From Candidatus Curtissbacteria bacterium (GTDB taxonomy: Bacteria > Patescibacteriota > Microgenomatia > Curtissbacterales > GWA2-41-24), in NCBI GenBank assembly GCA_016183325.1, contig JACPEV010000003.1, forward strand, positions 82,000 to 145,999: DNA of 64,000 nucleotides, in the 5' to 3' direction. Below are positions 59,382 to 64,000 of the stretch, piece by piece. The position numbers and the translations under genes were made by a program. The first letter of the stretch is position 1. Every line of letters begins with the position of its first letter. The notes beneath the pieces are model-generated. The model was not told the origin of the DNA, did not search any database, and was given only the letters and a program-made list of their open reading frames with translations.

Positions 59382-60206
59382 ATGGATGTTTTTAGTGCGC
59401 TCGGAGAACCTACAAGACGTAACATTATAGAAATGCTTGCTGCACGTGGTCAACTAACTGCAACCGATATTTCCGACCAATTTAAAGTCTCTCCTCCTGC
59501 CATCTCACAGCATTTAAAAGTTTTGCGAGAAGCAAAACTTGTGGAGATGGAGAAGAAAGCTCAGAAACATATTTACCGGATTAACCCAGGAAGTATTAAC
59601 GAGCTGGAACAGTGGGCAAAAAAGATCAAACACCTGTGGAACGAAAGATTTGACAAACTAGATAAGCTATTAGCAGAAGAGAAACGAAAGGCGGTGAAAT
59701 TAATGTCTAAAAATGAACTTGTTATAGAACGTATTTTTGATGCACCGGTTGAGACTGTATGGAAGTACTGGACAGAACCTGAATTATTAAAGAAGTGGTG
59801 GGGACCAAAAGTTTTTACTTGCCCATATGTTGAGATTGATTTTAGAGTTGGCGGTAAGTATCTGAGTTGTATGCGGGGAGCTCCTCAAGAAGGTGCACCA
59901 GTTCAGGATTTCTGGTCAACCGGAACCTACAAAGAGATTATCCCAATGAAAAAAATTGTCGCGACCGATTCATTTGCAGATGAAAAAGGAAACATAGTCC
60001 CATCAACTCACTATGGAATGGAAGGATTCCCGCTTGAAATGTTTGTTACTTTCGAATTTGAGGAAATTGATGGCAAAACAAAGATGACTCTTACACATTC
60101 GGGCATTAAGAACCTCGACGAAGCAACTCGTAAAGGCATGCATCAGGGCTGGAACGAGAGCTTCGATAAAATTGTTGGGGTATTGGCCGCCAAAGGCAGT
60201 GAGTAA
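59382..60206 (+). CDS. ArsR-family regulator fused to SRPBCC/AHSA1 domain
   Basis: PTRR.I..L, SQHLKVLREA; then ER.FDAP...VW..W, GW....DK. Confidence 0.85.
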   Translation: MDVFSALGEPTRRNIIEMLAARGQLTATDISDQFKVSPPAISQHLKVLREAKLVEMEKKAQKHIYRINPGSINELEQWAKKIKHLWNERFDKLDKLLAEEKRKAVKLMSKNELVIERIFDAPVETVWKYWTEPELLKKWWGPKVFTCPYVEIDFRVGGKYLSCMRGAPQEGAPVQDFWSTGTYKEIIPMKKIVATDSFADEKGNIVPSTHYGMEGFPLEMFVTFEFEEIDGKTKMTLTHSGIKNLDEATRKGMHQGWNESFDKIVGVLAAKGSE

Positions 60207-60221
60207 ATAATAGTCAATATC

Positions 60222-61193
60222 ATGCAAAAAATCACACCACATTTGTGGTTCGACAAAGAAGCCAAGGAAGCGGCCGAGTTTTATACCTCCGTTTTCCCGA
60301 ACTCAAAGATAACGAACATAACCACGCTCCACGATACGCCGTCGGGCTCGGTGGAGATTGTTTCGTTTGTGCTTTCGAGACAGGCCTTCATGGCAATTTC
60401 TGCTGGCCCGCTTTTTAAATTCAATCCATCCATCTCATCCCATGTTAAATGCAAAACGAAAGATGAAGTCGATGCATTATGGAAAAAGCTCTCAAAAGGC
60501 GGCATCATCCTCATGGAGCTTGGAAAATATCCGTGGAGCGAAAAGTATGGCTGGCTACAGGACAAGTACGGCCTTTCGTGGCAGATAATTTTTGTGGGTG
60601 AGGGTGAGATAAAGCAAAAAATTACTCCAGTACTCATGTTTGTCGGCGATGTGTGCGGAAAGGCAGAAGAAGCGGTCAATTTTTACACATCAGTGTTCAA
60701 AAATGCCCCCTTCGACTCTGCTCAGGCCTTCGGCTCTGAGGTCTTCGACCGTGAGGCTCAGACCGAATCGGCTCAGGCTCGAAGAGGCGTATCGAAAGTT
60801 GGCAATATCATCCGCTACGGCAAAGGTGAGGAACCAGACAGGCAAGGTTCATTAAAATACGCCGCTTTCACACTTGAAGGCCAGGAGTTTGGGGCTATGG
60901 ACAGCGCTCATAAACACAACTTTACCTTCAACGAAGCTATTTCCTTTATGGTGTACTGTGAAACTCAAAAAGGAGTGGACTACTTTTGGGAAAAGCTCTC
61001 CGCGGTTCCCGAAGCAGAGCAATGCGGCTGGCTCAAGGACAAATACGGTTTGTCTTGGCAGATCGTCCCCACTGCTCTGGGCAAGATGATGACAGACGGC
61101 AGCAAAGAGCAAATTGATCGCGTAACGCAGGCGTTCTTGCCGATGAAAAAGTTTGATATTGCAAAATTAAAGAAAGCCTACGAAGGGAGGTGA
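60222..61193 (+). CDS. Tandem VOC (PhnB/3-dmu-9 family) protein with in-frame insert
   Basis: ITPHLWF..A.EAA.FY, GWL.DKYGLSWQ twice. Confidence 0.9.
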   Translation: MQKITPHLWFDKEAKEAAEFYTSVFPNSKITNITTLHDTPSGSVEIVSFVLSRQAFMAISAGPLFKFNPSISSHVKCKTKDEVDALWKKLSKGGIILMELGKYPWSEKYGWLQDKYGLSWQIIFVGEGEIKQKITPVLMFVGDVCGKAEEAVNFYTSVFKNAPFDSAQAFGSEVFDREAQTESAQARRGVSKVGNIIRYGKGEEPDRQGSLKYAAFTLEGQEFGAMDSAHKHNFTFNEAISFMVYCETQKGVDYFWEKLSAVPEAEQCGWLKDKYGLSWQIVPTALGKMMTDGSKEQIDRVTQAFLPMKKFDIAKLKKAYEGR

Positions 61194-61199
61194 AACATT

Positions 61200-61490
61200 A
61201 TGACAAAACTAAACACATATCTCAATTTTGCAGGCAACACGGAAGAAGCATTCAACTTCTATAAATCTGTTTTTGGTGGAGAATTAACACCAATTGTCCG
61301 ATTCAAGGATATGCCGATGGAAGGGGTAAAAATTCCTAAAGAGGATGAAAACAAAGTCATGCATGTCGGCTTGCCAATTGGCAACGACCAGATGTTAATG
61401 GCAACAGATACGCTTGAATCGCTCGGACAAAAGCTGGTACAGGGCAATAATGTCTATATTTCAGTCCATCCCAACATTTTCAAGGTTTAA
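61200..61490 (+). pseudogene. Truncated PhnB-like VOC protein
   Basis: YLNF.G..EEA..FY..VFGG, MH..L; lacks C-terminal D.FG..W. Confidence 0.7.
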
Positions 61491-61654
61491 CCTGCCTTAA
61501 TGAACCATCAATATCTTCTCAAACATCTCGAACTTTTTCAATATGTAATTGGCATTACTCACTCACAGTTTGTTAGTCTTTTACCTTAGTTTATGGTCAC
61601 ACTTAACAAAGAATAGGTTGTAATAATATTACAAAAGTAATATAATTGTAAATA

Positions 61655-61948
61655 ATGGGTAGAGTAGTCTTGCAAATTCCATTGAATGCTGAACTTAGAA
61701 AAGCGGCTGAAGTCGAAGCAAAAGCTCAGGGGTTTTCCTCGTTACAAGAAGCTGTAAGAGTATTTTTAAAGAAGCTTTCTGACAGAACAATTGGGTTGAG
61801 ATTTGAGGCGCCAACCATTCAACTTTCTCAAAAAGCGATTAAAAGATACAATCGGATTGATGAGGATATCAAGATGGGTAAAAACGTCTACGAAGCTCGC
61901 GATGTCAAGGATTTGATGAAACAACTCCGTGAGAATCCTATTTCATAA
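61655..61948 (+). CDS. RelB/DinJ-like antitoxin
   Basis: A...GFSSLQEAVRVFL; coupled to RelE-like toxin. Confidence 0.75.
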   Translation: MGRVVLQIPLNAELRKAAEVEAKAQGFSSLQEAVRVFLKKLSDRTIGLRFEAPTIQLSQKAIKRYNRIDEDIKMGKNVYEARDVKDLMKQLRENPIS

Positions 61949-62192
61949 AAATTATCTAAAGCATTATAGGAAAAGAATTCTGCCAAATAAAAAACTTGAT
62001 AAGCGTTTAGAAAATAGGCTCGAACTTTTTATGAAAGACCCTAGTAATCCTTTGCTGGAAGACCATCGCTTAACTGGAGATAAGAAAGAATACCGAGCTT
62101 TTTCGATTACTGGAGATTATAGAGTTGTCTATAAAAAGTTCGACGACACTGTCGTCCTTTACGATGTTGGTACCCATAACCAAGTCTATTGA
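61929..62192 (+). CDS. RelE/YafQ-family mRNA interferase
   Basis: F..DP..P.L.DH.L.G...AFSITGDYR..GTH.QVY. Confidence 0.9.
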   Translation: MRILFHKNYLKHYRKRILPNKKLDKRLENRLELFMKDPSNPLLEDHRLTGDKKEYRAFSITGDYRVVYKKFDDTVVLYDVGTHNQVY

Positions 62193-63808
62193 GCTTTGGC
62201 CACTGCTTCCATGAAAGCCAGGTATAGAGGGTGGGGATGCATGGGGCGGGATTTGAGCTCTGGATGGAATTGGACACCGATGAAGAAGGGGTGATCTTTT
62301 AATTCCAAAGATTCGACAAGCTTACCATCTTTTGTAGTTGCAGCGATGATCATGCCTTTTTTCTCAAAAACTTTTCGATACTGGTTGTTAAATTCGTAGC
62401 GGTGGCGATGGCGCTCAGAGCCTTCAAGTTTCCCGTAGGTTTTAGCGAATTTGGTGCCTGCCGTTGCTTTAAAATCCCAAGAGCCTAAGCGCATGGTGCC
62501 GCCGAGATCTTTTTTTTCAACTTTTTCTTTTTGCGATTCCATGACGTGGATGATAGGGTGTTTGGTTTTAGGATTAATCTCGGTGGTATGGGCGTCTTTG
62601 AAGCCTGCGACGTTTCTGGCAAACTCGACGGCGGCCAGCTGCATACCAAAACAGAGGCCAAAGTAGGGAATTTTGTTTTGGCGCGCATATTTTATTGACT
62701 GGATGATGCCTTCAACAGCCCGGCCGCCAAAGCCGCCAGGGACGACAATACCGTCGTAACCAGCAAGAATATCTGGACCTTCTTTTTCAATTTGAGTGCT
62801 ATCGATCCAAGTCATTTTGGCTTTGATGTCGTTCTTTGCCGCAGCGTGTTTAACTGATTCGATGACGGAAAGATAGGCATCGGAGAGAGTAAAATCACCG
62901 GTTGAAAAATATTTGCCAACCATGGCAATTTTGGCGGTTTTTGGGGCCACAAGAGCACGATTGACCATGATTTTCCAATCGGAGAGGTCTTTTTTTCTGG
63001 GTTTGATGTGCATTTTTTGCAGGATTTTGTCGGAAAGGTCTTGATTTTCAAAGTTGAGAGGTACTTGATAGATGTTTTCGACATCGGGGGCGGAGATAAT
63101 ACCCGCAGGATCAAGACCACAGGCGATGGCAATTTTTTCTTTTCTCTTTTCATCAATAGCTACTTGAGATCTGGCCAGGACAAAATCAGCGTGGATGCCA
63201 GATGCAAAAAGTTGTTGAATTGACATTTGAGCCGGTTTTGACTTCATTTCCCCTATCGAGGAGGGAATGGGTAAATAAGTTACATGGACATGGAGAACAT
63301 CACGAGGATATCTGAGCTTAAGAAGACGATTAGCTTCTAAGAAAAGGAGGTTTTGGTACTCTCCTACTGTGCCGCCAACTTCAAAGACAATGATTTCGGC
63401 GTGGTTAGTTTTGACACATTTTTGGATACGACTGATGATTTCGCGGGGAGGATCCTGGAAGAATTCGACGGTTTTGCCTTCGTATCCAAGAGCTCTTTCT
63501 TTGTCGATGATGGCTTTCATGACCTGGCCGGTAGTCAGATAGTTGGTTTCGTTGAGACTTTGATCTAAGAAGCGTTCGTAGTTGCCCAAATCCTGATCAC
63601 ATTCCATGCCATCATCAAGAACAAATACTTCTCCGTGCTCGATGGGATTGAGGGTACCGGCATCGATATTGAGGTAGGGATCGGCTTTCATGGCGGTGAC
63701 TGAAAATCCGCGTGATTTAAGAAGTAGAGAAATCGAGGAGACGGCGATGCCTTTACCAATTCCGGAGATGACGCCACCTGAAACAAAGATGAATTTTGGT
63801 CTTAACAG
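62186..63808 (-). CDS. pyrG: CTP synthase (apparent CTG start at 63808)
   Basis: KFIFVSGGVISGIGKG upstream of track start; GLCFG, ERHRHRYE, QFHPE. Confidence 0.95.
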   Translation of the reverse strand: MLRPKFIFVSGGVISGIGKGIAVSSISLLLKSRGFSVTAMKADPYLNIDAGTLNPIEHGEVFVLDDGMECDQDLGNYERFLDQSLNETNYLTTGQVMKAIIDKERALGYEGKTVEFFQDPPREIISRIQKCVKTNHAEIIVFEVGGTVGEYQNLLFLEANRLLKLRYPRDVLHVHVTYLPIPSSIGEMKSKPAQMSIQQLFASGIHADFVLARSQVAIDEKRKEKIAIACGLDPAGIISAPDVENIYQVPLNFENQDLSDKILQKMHIKPRKKDLSDWKIMVNRALVAPKTAKIAMVGKYFSTGDFTLSDAYLSVIESVKHAAAKNDIKAKMTWIDSTQIEKEGPDILAGYDGIVVPGGFGGRAVEGIIQSIKYARQNKIPYFGLCFGMQLAAVEFARNVAGFKDAHTTEINPKTKHPIIHVMESQKEKVEKKDLGGTMRLGSWDFKATAGTKFAKTYGKLEGSERHRHRYEFNNQYRKVFEKKGMIIAATTKDGKLVESLELKDHPFFIGVQFHPELKSRPMHPHPLYLAFMEAVAKAQ

Positions 63809-63810
63809 AT

Positions 63811-63906
63811 AAAAGCCCTCCTATGCTATTGCTATGGAGGGCCCGCCCTGCACCGTCTGGTGCGGGGCCCGCCTTTATTGTCTCAAAGCCAGATTGGAAT
63901 TGTCAA
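63811..63906 (-). promoter_or_regulatory. pyrG promoter and attenuator leader
   Basis: TTGACA-N18-GACAAT, GGGC at predicted +1, GCCCTCC/GGAGGGC hairpin + TTTT. Confidence 0.65.
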
Positions 63907-64000
63907 GATTACCTTCTCTCCTCAAAGTCTCGTTCCACATCCCTCTCGATCGCCCTTTTCCTCAAAATCGCTCGTTTATCAAATTTTGCCCAATTTTTGG

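Overview
Chromosomal segment of a Patescibacteria (CPR) bacterium, most like Microgenomates. This is inferred from gene content and style (short MetG, many GT-C membrane glycosyltransferases, pilin-like N-termini, leaderless-type promoters, free-standing LAGLIDADG gene); genetic code 11. The core backbone includes metG, tatD, a surface-glycosylation block, speB plus a deoxyhypusine-synthase-like gene, groEL/groES, a carbamoyltransferase-YfhO block, rpoD, dnaG, six tRNAs (all four Ser, Arg-CCG, Arg-GCG), comF, tmRNA and pyrG. About 12 toxin-antitoxin pairs and other cargo genes are interleaved. Three patterns stand out. (1) Short palindromic repeat elements sit in frame inside at least ten proteins, including MetG and DnaG; one identical nested 84-bp element occurs in two genes and is read in different frames. 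(2) Integron-like cassette arrays are punctuated by a recurring att-arm motif (xRxxxDDVRTF / RDDFRT) and by relic tails that read into tRNA-Ser 3' ends and resemble large serine recombinase C-termini; no intact recombinase is present. (3) Cargo inserted at the 3' ends of speB, the PEGA/SH3 gene, comF and pyrG is followed by a diverged copy of the host gene's last codons. Also notable: pyrG with an apparent CTG start and a Bacillus-type GGGC attenuator, a LAGLIDADG ORF whose stop codon lies inside a tRNA, and a DUF488-partner candidate defence pair. All calls are by-eye; no searches were run.
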